NCBI GenBank assembly: GCA_009602735.1
Contig: WELA01003638.1
Coordinates: 200,925 to 264,924 of the forward strand
Source: Mesotaenium endlicherianum
Taxonomy: Eukaryota
DNA length: 64,000 bases
Direction: 5' to 3'
Shown here: in pieces, positions 32,761 through 46,117 of the stretch
How positions within the stretch are numbered: position 1 is the first letter of the stretch
Layout: each line of letters opens with the position of its first letter
Notes under the pieces: generated by a model
Database searches by the model: none
What the model was told of the DNA's origin: nothing
What the model saw: the letters and a program-made list of their open reading frames with translations, nothing else
Made by a program: the position numbers and the translations under genes

Positions 32761-35673
32761 ATGCCAAATATGTCTCTGCTCAGTGTGAGAACAGGCTGTG
32801 AAGATTTTGAATATCCTCCTCTGCACACCGAAGCAACCTCACCAAAGATTCTGGGGAAAAGGACCCCCAAAACATCTCACGCTAGAATACCTGATGCGGA
32901 ATCTAGAAGCAGTGGAGGAAGTGTGAAATCCTCTCCATCAGTTGTAAACAGCGCAGAGCTGAGAGAGACTGTGGGGCGTGTCCTTTTCAGTGACTGGGAT
33001 GTGGCATTAGACATGAGCTTGCCGGCCGAGCTTGTTTCTGGAGACTTTGTAATCGAGGGCAATACTCGACGGCTTTCTGCTCCTCCAGCTCTTATGGTGA
33101 GAGCCGGAGATGGAGAAATATTCTTGGAAGGGTCTCCTTTAGAGATATGCAAGGATCTGTTACAGCCTACAATATTAAATCAATCATCATATATCGTGAC
33201 ACCCCTTCCCAGACTAGATGACAGCGGAGCCGCAAGAGTGGGGAAAGAAAATATGGCTTTGGGTGGTGGGCAGGCATCTGCTGGCGAACTAATGCTGGAC
33301 AAGGAGGTGGTTGTTGTGGAGAGGCAGAGTCCTGCAGAGGAACCGGACTCTGATGCTGAAGCAAAGAACACCCCTGGTCCAATTAGGCTCATGGCTCCGC
33401 ATGGTCTCTCTGTGCTTGATGTCAGCCAGCAAGTTCCTTCAGATGTCTTCCTGCCGAGTGACGGCGCCAACGGTGTAAAGGGACCAGCTGCAGAAAGAAG
33501 AGAGGTTCAGTCCTCCTTGTGGAAGAATGTGCAGCAATCTAGCCCGCCCAGCTCCACGCGCGGTTGGAAAGAGCAGGCCGGCAGCAACGGGCAGCACCTT
33601 GCTCTATCGCCTGCAGCAGACGAGGATGACGAGGACGGCATACCCATGACGCTCATGTACCTCACCAGGGGCAAGGGCGTGGGAAAAGCGAGGAAGATTG
33701 CAATCGGTCAGCTGCACTCTCCCAGGAGCCCGACGGTCGAGGAGCAGCAGCACGCTGGGCAGCCTTGCGTGGGCAGCCCCAGGGAGGGCGGTCCTAGGGT
33801 TGGCAGCCCTAGGGAGGGCGGCCTTAGGGTGGGCAGCCCTAGGGATGGCAGCAGCAGCAGCATCAGCAGCAGCAGGCCTATGGCGCGGAGCTTCAGCTCC
33901 CCCCTTTCACAGGACTTCCACGTCAGCTCTCCCCGGAGACCGCACTCGCCCTCTTCCTCTTCTGCAGGCAAGCCTGTGGGAAGGAGCGCCTCCCTCCACA
34001 AGCTCTCATCCTCCTCCTCCGACGCGCTTCCCCTGGCGGACTGGGGGGAGCTTCTGGACTCCTCCCCCGTCCCGCATGTGCGGAGCCCTGGTAGAGAGGA
34101 CACTGCGCCCACGTGGCGTCAGCTGTACTCCGAAAGCGCCCGCCACAGGAATGGCTTCAAAGACCCCGCCCCCGCCTGGTCGCCCTCCTCCTCCCCCTCG
34201 TGGCCCAGCCAGGGCCAGGGTCAGGGCCTGAGCCAGAGCCAGAGCCAGAGCCAGAGCCTGAGCCTGAGCCTGGCAGCAGAGCGCAGGTCTCGCTCCCTCT
34301 CCCCCTCCACCTCCCGCAAGGATGCCCCCGTCACCGCCATCCTGTCTGCCCAAACATCTCGGTCACCATCCCCGTCTCAGAGCTCCCTCAGCAGCTCCAG
34401 CCCGTCCTCCGACCTCACGGGCAGCGGGGGCGAGTGCAGCAACTCCACCGCCAACAGCGACGCTTCTCTTCCCCATCCAGACGACAGCGCCTCTGCAGTG
34501 CCAGCTGCCGCGACGACAGAGGTCGCCGAGGGCCTCACAACAGCGAGAGCTGCAAAGCATGGTAAGAGCAGCGGCAGCGGCAGCAGCAAGGGCGCGAGAC
34601 CAGACTCATTTCCTCTGCCCAAGAAGGGGTGGAAGGCTGGGAAGCCCCTGAGCCCTGGCGCTGGCGCGGCCACTGGCTCTGGCTCTGGCTCTGGCTCTGG
34701 CAGGCCCCTTGCCGCCTCGTCCCCATCAGACGGGGCCGGGGGGGCGCACAGGAAGTCACCCCCAGCAGCAGTAGCAGCAGCAGCAGCTGCCATCCCCCGT
34801 GACCACCAGGTGTTGCGCCATCTGCAGGAGCCCCACCAGGGGGGGAGGGCCGGTGGCTCACCCAAGCAGCCGAAGCCAAAGCCGCACTCTCAGCCAAGCC
34901 ACGGGTGGGGCGGGGGGCAGCAGATCAGCGAGGCTGAGGCACGGAGAAGCACGGACGGCATCCGGACTCGGGCATCTACTGGGAGCGTGAGCGGGGGAGT
35001 TGGTGGCTATGGCAGTGGCAGCGGCAACGGCAGTGGCAGTGGCAGGAGGGACAGCTCCAGTCTGGCGGTGCAGCAGTCGGTGGAGGCTCTGTGCAGCAGC
35101 GTCCGCGAGGCCAAGCTCAAGCATGCGGGCCATCCCCACAGCCCCAGAGGCGCAGCAGCAGGAGAAGGAGCAAGCACAGCAGCAGGAGTAGGAGGGAAGG
35201 GGAGGGCCTTCGTGGCAGCAGCAGCAAACTCGTACATGAGCGGGGGGGTGATGAGAGCCAGCCACCTTGCAGCTGCTCCTCAGGGTGGCATTGTCGTGGC
35301 AGCCCAAGGAGGCCCACAGCCAGCAGGCGTGCCCTTGGGGTACCCTGTCCAGCAGGATGGCAGCGGCATGCAATGGTTGACCGTGTTTGACCCTGTCTAT
35401 GGCTATGTCAACGTCCCTGTCACGGGCGGACCTTACTTTCCTGGGCCTCTAGGCTCACTGCCTGCTCCTGCTCCTGCTCCGGCCCTTGGTGCTGGTGCTC
35501 CCCATAATGTGATGGCATTTGCAGGCGGAGCAGCTGCAGCTGCGCGGCATTCCCCACCTACCTCCCCCACGCCTGTTGTTGTTGCGCCAATTGGGGAAGC
35601 CCCAGGCTTGAGGAAAAAAATAGCCCCGCGCTTTTCATCTTCTAGTGGCCTTCCAGGACGCGCAAAAAATTGA
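32761..35673 (+). CDS. Intronless ~970-aa Ser/Pro/Gly/Ala-rich, largely disordered protein of unknown function
   Basis: 2.9-kb uninterrupted ORF, first ATG at 32761. VGSPREGG repeats and a short hydrophobic motif QWLTVFDPVYGYVNVPV. No domain recognised. Confidence 0.7.
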   Translation: MPNMSLLSVRTGCEDFEYPPLHTEATSPKILGKRTPKTSHARIPDAESRSSGGSVKSSPSVVNSAELRETVGRVLFSDWDVALDMSLPAELVSGDFVIEGNTRRLSAPPALMVRAGDGEIFLEGSPLEICKDLLQPTILNQSSYIVTPLPRLDDSGAARVGKENMALGGGQASAGELMLDKEVVVVERQSPAEEPDSDAEAKNTPGPIRLMAPHGLSVLDVSQQVPSDVFLPSDGANGVKGPAAERREVQSSLWKNVQQSSPPSSTRGWKEQAGSNGQHLALSPAADEDDEDGIPMTLMYLTRGKGVGKARKIAIGQLHSPRSPTVEEQQHAGQPCVGSPREGGPRVGSPREGGLRVGSPRDGSSSSISSSRPMARSFSSPLSQDFHVSSPRRPHSPSSSSAGKPVGRSASLHKLSSSSSDALPLADWGELLDSSPVPHVRSPGREDTAPTWRQLYSESARHRNGFKDPAPAWSPSSSPSWPSQGQGQGLSQSQSQSQSLSLSLAAERRSRSLSPSTSRKDAPVTAILSAQTSRSPSPSQSSLSSSSPSSDLTGSGGECSNSTANSDASLPHPDDSASAVPAAATTEVAEGLTTARAAKHGKSSGSGSSKGARPDSFPLPKKGWKAGKPLSPGAGAATGSGSGSGSGRPLAASSPSDGAGGAHRKSPPAAVAAAAAAIPRDHQVLRHLQEPHQGGRAGGSPKQPKPKPHSQPSHGWGGGQQISEAEARRSTDGIRTRASTGSVSGGVGGYGSGSGNGSGSGRRDSSSLAVQQSVEALCSSVREAKLKHAGHPHSPRGAAAGEGASTAAGVGGKGRAFVAAAANSYMSGGVMRASHLAAAPQGGIVVAAQGGPQPAGVPLGYPVQQDGSGMQWLTVFDPVYGYVNVPVTGGPYFPGPLGSLPAPAPAPALGAGAPHNVMAFAGGAAAAARHSPPTSPTPVVVAPIGEAPGLRKKIAPRFSSSSGLPGRAKN

Positions 35674-36865
35674 GCAACTCTTTTCTCTGCCTAGATAGTT
35701 AGGTCTTAGACATCTTCGATGAAGTAGTTGAGGTTGTGGCTGTTAGCAGGCAGGTTAGAGATGTACCCCAGTAGGTGAGTGTCTAAACTTTCAGCAGTTG
35801 TATGTTTTCCAAGATAGGTTTTAAAGAAAATGGTGGTGCTAGTGAGTAGGAGAGGAAGCAACATAAAGTTGGCTTTACCGACCTGAATGTCATCAAATGA
35901 CATGCGTGTCTGGCTGTCCTAAAATAAACATAGTGGACTGCAGAGCATACAGGTGTTTGTGGGATGAGGTCTAAGCAATAAATGATTCTGCCTCTCTTCC
36001 TTGTGAGTTCCTCTTTGATCATTAGGCCTACCGGGTACGTACAACATATGTAATCTGATGGCAGGAAATACCGATGGTATTGTTGAGATTGTGAGGCACG
36101 ACGATATTTAAGAAAGAATTCTTCTCCAAACTGTTTGACGAGATGTAAATGCTTCTGACTTGTAGCCTTACAAAAAGTACAGTTTCCGATATGGGAGTGC
36201 TGTCCTCACAACTTGCATGTATACTCGCAAACTGCAGAAAGCTACAAAAAATCACATGCTCTTGTGTGGAGGACTTGTAAATACGGCAATATCAGAAATG
36301 GTCACCGCAACGACAACCTTCACTAGTAAGAACATCATACTTGAAATAACCAAGTCTATGTACTCCCGTGTTTGAAGAGAAACCGGACAAATTTACGAAT
36401 TCCCGACACTCTGCCCAACCTCCAGCTATTCTTTTACGGCAAGTACTACCCAATTTGAAATGCATCCACTACACTACTTCGCAAACATACATCATCATAT
36501 TTCAGACAAATGCATCACTGTCCGAAGCCTTATTCCAAGAATTAGCTTCTCAAACATGCCCGCAATAGTACATGCTCAACTCCCAATCTTGACAACCTAC
36601 AATGAGCAGACCTACTTTGTCATAGTAGAGAAGCTGTCGACAGCCGCGCCCTAAGCTCCTTATTCTCATTCTCCAGTCCCTCCACCTTCTTTGCCATTGC
36701 CTACAAGAGTGGATCATTTAGCAGATCATGACCACCTGCAGATTAGGCTTCTGTCTCGTAGGTGACATGTATACTGTACCCGTCATAACAGATTCAACAT
36801 TTGGCCATGTAAGCGCACGCACACAATAATCGTCACTGAAGCTGCAATACAAATCGACCTAGTGG

Positions 36866-38893
36866 TCATGTCATACGGGCTAAAAGCAAACACCAAAAGA
36901 TGCCTCTGGTGAAAGAAAGCCCTAGGCAGCCAGAAGAGGGACATGCAGGCGAATGCAGCCGCGCTTGGTCTGGATCCCTGGTGACTTGTAAGCGCGCATG
37001 GCACGTCTGCCAGCGGACAGATGTGCTCGCCTCCAGCATGTCCACCTCTTTCTTCCCCATGACCTCATGCAAGTTGTCCCTCGACACGAGTTGACAACAG
37101 CCATGCAGCACCTGTCAGAGGAATCACAACCGAATCGTCGCACGCATGCGCGCTAGACGGGGAGGAAAAGAAACGTATTCCAAGCCCATCGAGCAAGATG
37201 GGGGAGAGCAGGGACACACATCATACTCAGCATACCTGGAGCTGACTCCGGAACGTGGCGTCAGCGTGAGCCACGGCTGCTTGCCGCGAAGACTGCTCCA
37301 TATTGACCATCTGCTTCAGCTCGTCATTCTGCAACACAAGCAACAGCAGCAGCAGCAGCGTCAGGACACGCCAGAGCATCAGCACGCTGCCTGCAGAGAG
37401 CGAGTAAGCGTTAGCCTCACAGGCTTGCTTGCCCCGCTTGTCAGCCCGCCCGGCCGCCCACGCGTGCCCCTGGCCGCCAGCCCACCTGACTGCCTGCCAC
37501 TTGGTCATGAGTCTCCATGCGACACCCGCCTATGCCGGCAGGCAGCGATGGAGCAGGTGCCATCGCTCTCACCCTCTCGAATGTGGACCAGAGTGTGAAG
37601 GGCGAGGAGGGCAGGAGGGAGGGAGAGGAGAGCAAGGAGAACACTCTGGCCATTGCAGCTGCAGAAGGCACACCGGGAAGACCACTTGAGCCCGCACTTT
37701 CTCCTCCTCCTTCTCCTCCTCTAGCCCGCTCGGCATCAGGGACTGCAGGGTCGGGTTATGAGAGCTCTCACGGCCTTCTCCTTCTCGAGGCATGAACTGC
37801 AACGGGTGGCACGCTCCGAAGGCGTGAAAGACACGGGCACAGGACATTGATAGCAATAGAGAGGAAGGGGGGGGAAGAGCACGGAAATGGAAGAGGGGTA
37901 ATGCCAACAGCCAGCGCACGCCTGTGCCCCATTCCCGGCTCCAGCAACCACACACACCATACCCACTGCTCCTCACTCACTCATTTCTTGTGCTCTCCTC
38001 TTCTCCCTCTCCATCGCCCTCCTCCTGCTGCCCCTCTCCCCCCCTCTCTCTCTCCCTCTCGGCCCCCCGCGGCCACCATCGTCTTGTTGGTCACTATCAT
38101 CCCCAGCAAGGCAGTGGCCTCCTGTGATGGGGCATGGCAATGCGAGCGCACCTTGTGAGTCAGCGCCTCGATCTGCGACTGCAGCTCCGCCACCTCCAGC
38201 TGGCTGCCATCCACACGCAGCAGCAGGAGTAAGCCTGGGACCAGAAGTGCCACGCGCGCAAATGCCAAGGAACTGCTGCCTGCCTGCTTGCCCTGCGACA
38301 GCCTGCGTCACATGCCATGCTAGGGACCCAAACAGGCCAGCCTCGAAACAGAGCTTAGATGCTCCCCGCTTGCGCTGCTGGCAGTCAGGGAGCAGCACCG
38401 GCTGCCTTCCACACGGCGTTCTCTCAGAGCCCTCCCTCCACGACAGTCAGGCTCGTGCTCTCACTGCTCCCTGAATCTCCTGCCCTCCTCTCAATCCAAC
38501 AATGGTGCATGTTGCAAAGCAGCAAAACCCTGTTGCTCTTAGAATCCAGCTTGTGCAAGGCCGGGGAGAGGTGTGCACGCATGGCGGCCGTGCCCGTCAG
38601 AACGTGAAACAGCAGAAAATGCACTGAGAACATATTGCGTGGGGCCCCGTGGGGAGACTGGGAGGGGGGAAGAGACGGGGGGGGTTCCACCTGCCGCGCA
38701 GCTCCTCAATCTCCTCCAGGAGGCGCGTGAGCCAGTCGGCATCCACCATCTGCTTCATGCCCTGCTGCTGCGATGGGGAGGGCTCCTGCAGCTGCTGCGA
38801 GTGGTCGCCGTCCAAGCTGGGTTGGCTGCCGCCCTCCGTTGCCTCCTCCTTTACGCTGAGAGCCCCCTGCATACGTGCCACCTGTGCGTACAC

Positions 38894-38974
<81 letters not shown>

Positions 38975-39439
38975 NNNNNNNNNNNNNNNNNNNNNNNNNN
39001 NNNNNNNNNNNNNNNNNNNNNNNNNNNNNNNNNNNNNNNNNNNNNNNNNNNNNNNNNNNNNNNNNNNNNNNNNNNNNNNNNNNNNNNNNNNNNNNNNNNN
39101 NNNNNNNNNNNNNNNNNNNNNNNNNNNNNNNNNNNNNNNNNNNNNNNNNNNNNNNNNNNNNNNNNNNNNNNNNNNNNNNNNNNNNNNNNNNNNNNNNNNN
39201 NNNNNNNNNNNNNNNNNNNNNNNNNNNNNNNNNNNNNNNNNNNNNNNNNNNNNNNNNNNNNNNNNNNNNNNNNNNNNNNNNNNNNNNNNNNNNNNNNNNN
39301 NNNNNNNNNNNNNNNNNNNNNNNNNNNNNNNNNNNNNNNNNNNNNNNNNNNNNNNNNNNNNNNNNNNNNNNNNNNNNNNNNNNNNNNNNNNNNNNNNNNN
39401 NNNNNNNNNNNNNNNNNNNNNNNNNNNNNNNNNNNNNNN

Positions 39440-39522
<83 letters not shown>

Positions 39523-41659
39523 TGTGTGTGTGTCTCTGTGTGTGTCTCCTGAGAGCCATCGCAAGGCTCAACCTCCTCCTATGGAGGTCAGCCCGTCAAA
39601 ATGCGCCAGGATGTGACAGGTGCCCAGGGCCAGAGCAGCTTGCAGAAGGCCCCTCCTACTCACTGTCCCAAGGGTTTCTATGTATGAAAGGTTTTCTGAC
39701 CAAGGTCAGAAAGTCGCCAAAGCAGAATGAGAGCACGTGCATCATCGAGCCATTCAAAAGGGCTTGTTGACAGCAGGCTGTGGGAGTCACGTCAAGTGCT
39801 GGAGAGCGATCAGCCAGAGAGTCCCACAAAGGACAGGGCCGCAGCAACTGCGGGGTGAGCCCATCTCCCTCCCCCTCCACCCTCCTATCACTTTGCTCCC
39901 TGGTTCACCTGGTTCGGCTTTCCCTCCTAACCACGCACTGCCCCCCCCAGAAGCAAGCACTGGCGGTGAGGAAAACTTTGCAACATGTCCAGAACTGCCA
40001 GGTCGTTTCAGGGAGGCATGTATATAAGCGTTTGCCATGAGCTACTTCAACAGTCCGTCTGACTATTCTGCTGTCCCAACTATGACGAGGGGGGTCTGTG
40101 GAGGGCATAGATGGAGGCACACCAGGGCACATGAGGGCAGAGGGAGGAGAGTGGGGTACCCGCAGTCCGAGTTCTTCGAGGGAGCTGATCATCACGTCAG
40201 GCGCTGCGGCGCCACTTGGAGACTCCTCCCCCTGCGCACCAGTGAGCAGACGTGTTGAGCAGAGCATTCACCCACAGCCAGCCACGCATGGGTTGAGAGA
40301 GAGTGCGTGCGTGTGCGTGCACAGACCTGAAGGCTGGGGGCGAGCATGCGGGCGGTGCCGCCTGATGGATGGTAGGAGGGGTCATAGCCAGGTGGCATGC
40401 TCCGTGACTTTCCAGCCACCCTCCTGGGTGGGCCTGCTGCATCGCTGCCAGATGCACCAGCGGCGGCCGCAGGAGAGCCTGACGCAGCTGCGGCAGTGGC
40501 AGCCTGTGCCTCTGGACAGTCGGGCACCAGAAGAAAAATTGAAAAAATAGAGAGAAGAAGATGAGTTAGAGGAAGACGAGAAAGGAGGAGAAGAGAGTGA
40601 GGTGAAAGAGAAGGACGAAAGAGGAGGAGGAAAACAAGAAGGAGAAGAAGAAGAAGCAGCTGGAAAAGAAGAAAAGGGGACCCAAGGCAAGAGACATAAA
40701 TGTTGGTGACACCCAGTACTACGTACTACACATGGGCGAAAGTGCACACAGGCTGCACATCGATGGCACTGACGTCGATTGGGGACAGTAACTCCAAGTA
40801 ACAACGGTGAGGGGATTGCCCAACAAAAGATATGACGGCCAGCTTCCAAGATTTTCTGCAACTAGCGTGCAACGATGTGACTGGATGTCTGCCTGACTGC
40901 TAAGCCCAAGCAGCAACGGCTGTGTGTATCAGGCCATCTTGAGGGGCACGCGGGCTTTTGGGGGCAAGGATCAGGCAGGAAAAACTCGCCGTGGAGTAAA
41001 CCAAGACACCTGGCAGCAAGTCGTGCTGCTAAGGCTGCCACCGTTGGCCGGACACACCAAACAAGAACAGACTTCACACTGCAACATGCCAGCCCACAAC
41101 GGCGCAGACAGTACAGCCAGGTGGCACCTCCACGCACCATGAGGTGGCTGGCTGCCTACGCCAGACTCCCTGTGTTGTACCCTGGCTCGTTGCCTGGACC
41201 CACTCGCCGATGGCGAAGCAGAGACAATGGGAGACGCAGACAATACGCGATGGAGCACCGTCATGTCAGTGTGCTCCTTCACACGCTCGCAGTCCCATAC
41301 AGTTTTTCATGTGTCACATGCACTTGGCTCAGAGCAAAGCGGAGAGAGCTTCGATCTGCAGGCGAAGGCATGCCCGCCAGGAGAGTGAGAGTCATTCGAA
41401 GAAAGAGCCGGCCCACAAAAGGCAAGTGGGTCGGGCTGAGTATGCCTGCGTACCCGCTGCAAGTGCCGTCGCTTTCTGGGCTCTCTGCGTCCAGGTTGAG
41501 TACCCAATCAGCGAGCAGTTGCGGTTCCTGCAGGCACGCACTCACAGGCACGCCGACACGTTCTCAGGCTGAGGGCCAAGACAACTTATGCAGCCACCTT
41601 CCCCTCCCTCTGCCTGTATGTCTGTGTGTGCGCCGGTGTGTGAGAGCGTGTGTGCGTGC

Positions 41660-41690
<31 letters not shown>

Positions 41691-41691
41691 T

Positions 41692-41723
<32 letters not shown>

Positions 41724-44700
41724 CTCCGTGAAAGCGTTCAGGAGGGGATGCGTGTATACTTTATGAATTAACTGATTGAGAAGAAAGAAAGAGCACCTCT
41801 ACCCAGCAGCTCTCCAAGGTGTGTGTCTGAATCCAAGGTGTGTGTCTGACCCTTGGAGCCTCCTGCAGCGCCGACAGGCGTTCTATTGCGGCTGCCCCCG
41901 CATGCTTACATCTCCCCCCTCTGCGACACTTCTGAGGGAGCACTTATCTGTGGGTCTGAATTCTCCACACCGTAGCTATCACCATCTAAAAGATGAGATC
42001 CCCACGGCCTGGATCCCAGCATGGATGCCCTTTTCTTCTGGGGTGCTATTCTCTTGCCCCTCCCACAAATCGTCGATGACATAGGCAACAGAGCGGCTTG
42101 TCACGTGGCATCGCGCAAAAGCATCTGACGGCGCTCACCCTTGGCCAGAGGCTCTGGCATGAGGAGGAGAGAAGGTGACAACTGGTGCAGCAGCAGCTGC
42201 AGCGTACGTATACGGGTCTGATGCTGACTGTGCCTGTTTACAGCGGCTGCTTAATGCCACCCCCCCTGTAGCCCACGCTCCATGCATGCTTGTACCTGCT
42301 CACACCCTTCCCCTCTCATCTCAGTGCTCCACGCCCGCCTGCTTCCCTCCCCTCAGCCCTCCAAAGACTGGCACGTGCTCTGCAGCCCTCTTTCAAACTA
42401 TAGCCCACGGGTTTCTTCCCCTCTCCCTCCCCTCCCTCCATCACACAAAGACGGACGCGTGCACGTACTCTCACAGACATACTGCCTTGGAGATCGCAAC
42501 TATACTAAGAGGCATGGAAGGTGGAAAGGTTGGGTTGGGGTGGTGAGGGAGTGTCCAGACCGGCCAGGCAAAAGCGAGCGCAGGTAGGAGGGAGAGCAGA
42601 GCGTGTACCAGTACTGCTTCTGCATGGTCAGCAGGCGGCCCTCCAGGCGCTGCAGCACCTGCGTGCGCTCAAAGCCCTGCTTGTCGTGCGCCGGCTCCAC
42701 AAAGTTGGCCTCCAGCACCCCTGCGTGCCTCCCCCCATGTTAATACACACGCAGACACGCACACGCACACGCGCATACAGACACACGCACATCGCACCTG
42801 TCCACTCACAGGCACACACACAAACAGGCACTGCTTGTATGCACTCTCCTTGCTGCGTGTGTTCACGAGGATGAGTCCGAGGTGGACATGAGCACATGTG
42901 CCCTCCCCGTCAGCCCGAGCTCAGGCTGCAGCTGACTGCAAGCCCTGCCAAGCAGATAGCTAAGAAACGTAAGCGGCTGCGGGCACAACGTCTGTGAGGG
43001 GAGGAGGGTGGGGAGAGAAACGGGCACCGATAGAGATGGTTCCCTCACCTACAATGCCGCGCCCAGAGCTGCCAGCTGCATTCCATATCCTCCAGAAGGG
43101 CTGCTCCTCCGCACAAAGACCGGGCGGACGGAGGCGACGAGCCGCAGAAAGAGGGGGGGGCGGAAGTTGCAGCCAAAGACAAGAACCAGAAACAGACGTG
43201 CCGTCAGAACCTCCCTACTCAAACCCGCAGTGAGGCCGAAGGCCGCTGCTCCTTGCTCAGATAGAGCTGCAGGCCTGCGCATTCCTTTGGTGGGCTCTGC
43301 GTGTGTTGGAGCCCTCAAGGGGCTGACAGTGAAGATGACGAGATGAGTTGCAATATGGGTGATCGACGCGACGCCAGCCAGCCAGCCGACAGCTGTAATT
43401 TCGTTACGCGGGGAAGTTTCAACAGAGACGGCATGCACGCTTTCTACAAGGACAGCGCGCGCAGTATGCCAGAGGGTAAGCGCTCTCATATAAGCTGCAC
43501 CATAAGGTCCAGCTGACCCAGAGAGAGTTGCAGCAGAGTTAGCCTGCCCAACTCCAGCCGCATTCGAGAGGTGATGGACGAAAGAGTCCTTCCCGGGTGC
43601 AGCCCCGCTGGCCAAGTGCAAAGCAGCAACCAGCACCTCTTTCCAAGTTTGTCAGTTTCAAACTCTTCAGGTCTGCATTGCAGTGGGTAACAGTATGGGG
43701 AGGAAGCGCCCACTGGAGCTTCAGGCAGGCAGGGAGCAGGCAGGTAGGCAGGCAGGCAGGCAGGATAGGGAGCGAGAGGAGGAGGCAGCTGACCTTGATA
43801 AGGCGGTTCTTGTGGTAGACGTTGAAGCCCTGCACGTCAATGTGCTCCTTGGCGTCCTTCACAAACCCTATCTTGACCGCCGCCACCATCTGCTCAGAGC
43901 CAGAAAGCGAGCGGGCAGCTCAGTGGGAAGCAGGGGAGCGTGACACGCCTCAAGCCCCACGCTACGCAATGAAGGGCCTTCGCCATTGGTGCACCCCCCA
44001 AGCACATTCAGAGTGTCCACAGGAAGTGCGAACCCCCTCCCCTCACCAGCCCTCCAAGGCTGGTGGTCCTAAGATCAACCTGCCTGCAATAGGGCACAGA
44101 CACGGTGACCCGACTGTTTGCACAGAAGGCCGCACCTGCTCTGCTTTCTGTATTAGGAGGGGAGCAGAGGGCGACACACATGAGCATCCAGAAAGGTCCC
44201 CAGACACAGGGGGGTTGAGTCTCGGTTCCAAAAGCATCAAATTGCGAGGCTCCCCCTTTTTTCCCTTTCTCTCTCTCTGAAATCACAAGGCCCCTGTTGC
44301 TCCAGTAGCCCAAACAGCCACGACAGCCCCCCCTCTTCTTCCTTCATGGAGACCCGGATCGCCCGCCTGCCCGGAGCAAAGTGGATGCCGGCCGGGGGGC
44401 AAGCGGGACGCGGGCAGGGGGGCGTGTGGGTGTCAGTGTGATTGCCGGTGGTGAGTATTGCTCTTACGTTGGTCTCAAGAGACTCGCTGGTGCGCTCCGC
44501 CTTGGGGCGGTACGTGACCTCCTCGATGTACATGAGGTCGTTCACCAGGTCGTGATGCTCCACCTCCTCCCCCCTCAGGATGATCTGGAAGCCCGCTGGC
44601 CTCCGCAGGTACAGGATGGCCGCATAGCTCTGTTTGCTACCCGCACACCCCCCCCCGCTCCCCCCCGGCCGGCCACCCAGCGCCCCCAGCCCTTATTCAA

Positions 44701-46078
44701 TAAAAATGGAGGCAGTGTGGGAGAGCTGAGGACTACTGGTGAAAGCACCTGGCAGATAGATTGCTGGCACTAGGTGGCTGGCAACGGGCGACGGGGTGCG
44801 TCAGAACCGTCCTTCAAAAAAGGCTGACGCTTGGGAGAGGACAAGAGGGAATGCGGAGCAGCCGACGAGCAGCAACAGTACAAGCAACACGGCAGCACTA
44901 TCATCGATAGAGAACTGGCACGTAAGCTAGCAGGGGGCGGGAGGAATGGTCCCGAGGGATCCTGGCAGCAGCGCCAGCGCTTCCGGGCACGCCTTGCTTC
45001 CTGATAGGTTGGCCTGCTGGCTGGCTGGCGCTCGTCGGAGTGCGGTGGCATAGTGGGCAGCTAGTGGATGGGTGGACGGATGGACAGAAGAGACAGACAA
45101 GAGGACGGACGTACACGGAGAGAATGGCGGTACTTGAGGAAGTGCTGCGAGTTGGGGTACTTGTCGGCCATGCGAATCAGCTTCTCGTCCCGCGGGCCTC
45201 GCACTTGGATGTCCTGCTCCTCCCCCCCCCCCACCCCACNNNNNNNNNNNNNNNNNNNNNNNNNNNNNNNNNNNNNNNNNNNNNNNNNNNNNNNNNNNNN
45301 NNNNNNNNNNNNNNNNNNNNNNNNNNNCCCCCCGGGCACAAAACAACAACGATGACAACAGGAATGATATGTGTGTGTGTGTGTGTGTGTGCGTGTGTTT
45401 GTGGTGTACGTGTGTGCGAGTGAGTCTGCTTGCATGTAGAGTATAAAAATAAATTTTTGCATAAGCGATGCACCCCTGTGAGAGCCCCCACTTGCTTATC
45501 TGAACCCTGCCTCTGCCAGGAAGTCGTAACAGGGAAGGGTAATGGGGTGGGAGAGCTCACCCTGGGATCCGTGTCAAAATCCAGCTCCAACTTGCCCTCG
45601 TCGTCCAGCCTGGCCCGAACACCTCCCTCAAAGAGCGTCAGAGCAAGTCCTCCTCTCACGAGAGGCTCTCATGAGCTGTCCCTCCCCCCCCGCCTCCTCC
45701 TCTAACTTTCTCCAAATGCCTGTCCACACAGAAGAACAAGGGCTGAGTACATGACGTGGGCAAGCGTGGGCACTTGAAGTGAGCCCTCACTCGCATGAGA
45801 GGAATGCCTGTCGCCAAGGGGTTGGGCAGCAGAATCAATGTCGCAGTACCGCTTTTGCATGAGATGCCTGTTTGACAAATGCACAGGGACTGAGACCTGG
45901 AGAGAGAGAGAGAGAGAGAGAGAGAGGAGGGGGGGNNNNNNNNNNNNNNNNNNNNNNNNNNNNNNNNNNNNNNNNNNNNNNNNNNNNNNNNNGGGGACCC
46001 ACCAGAGGTTGTACACAATAATGCGGGTGCCCTGCTTCCCCATTGTCCCAAACTGCACCAGGTCCAGGGTCAGGCGGT

Positions 46079-46117
<39 letters not shown>

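Noticed and set aside
22255..39616. Long ER/SL ORFs spanning N gaps
   Set aside because: Translations of microsatellites and gaps.
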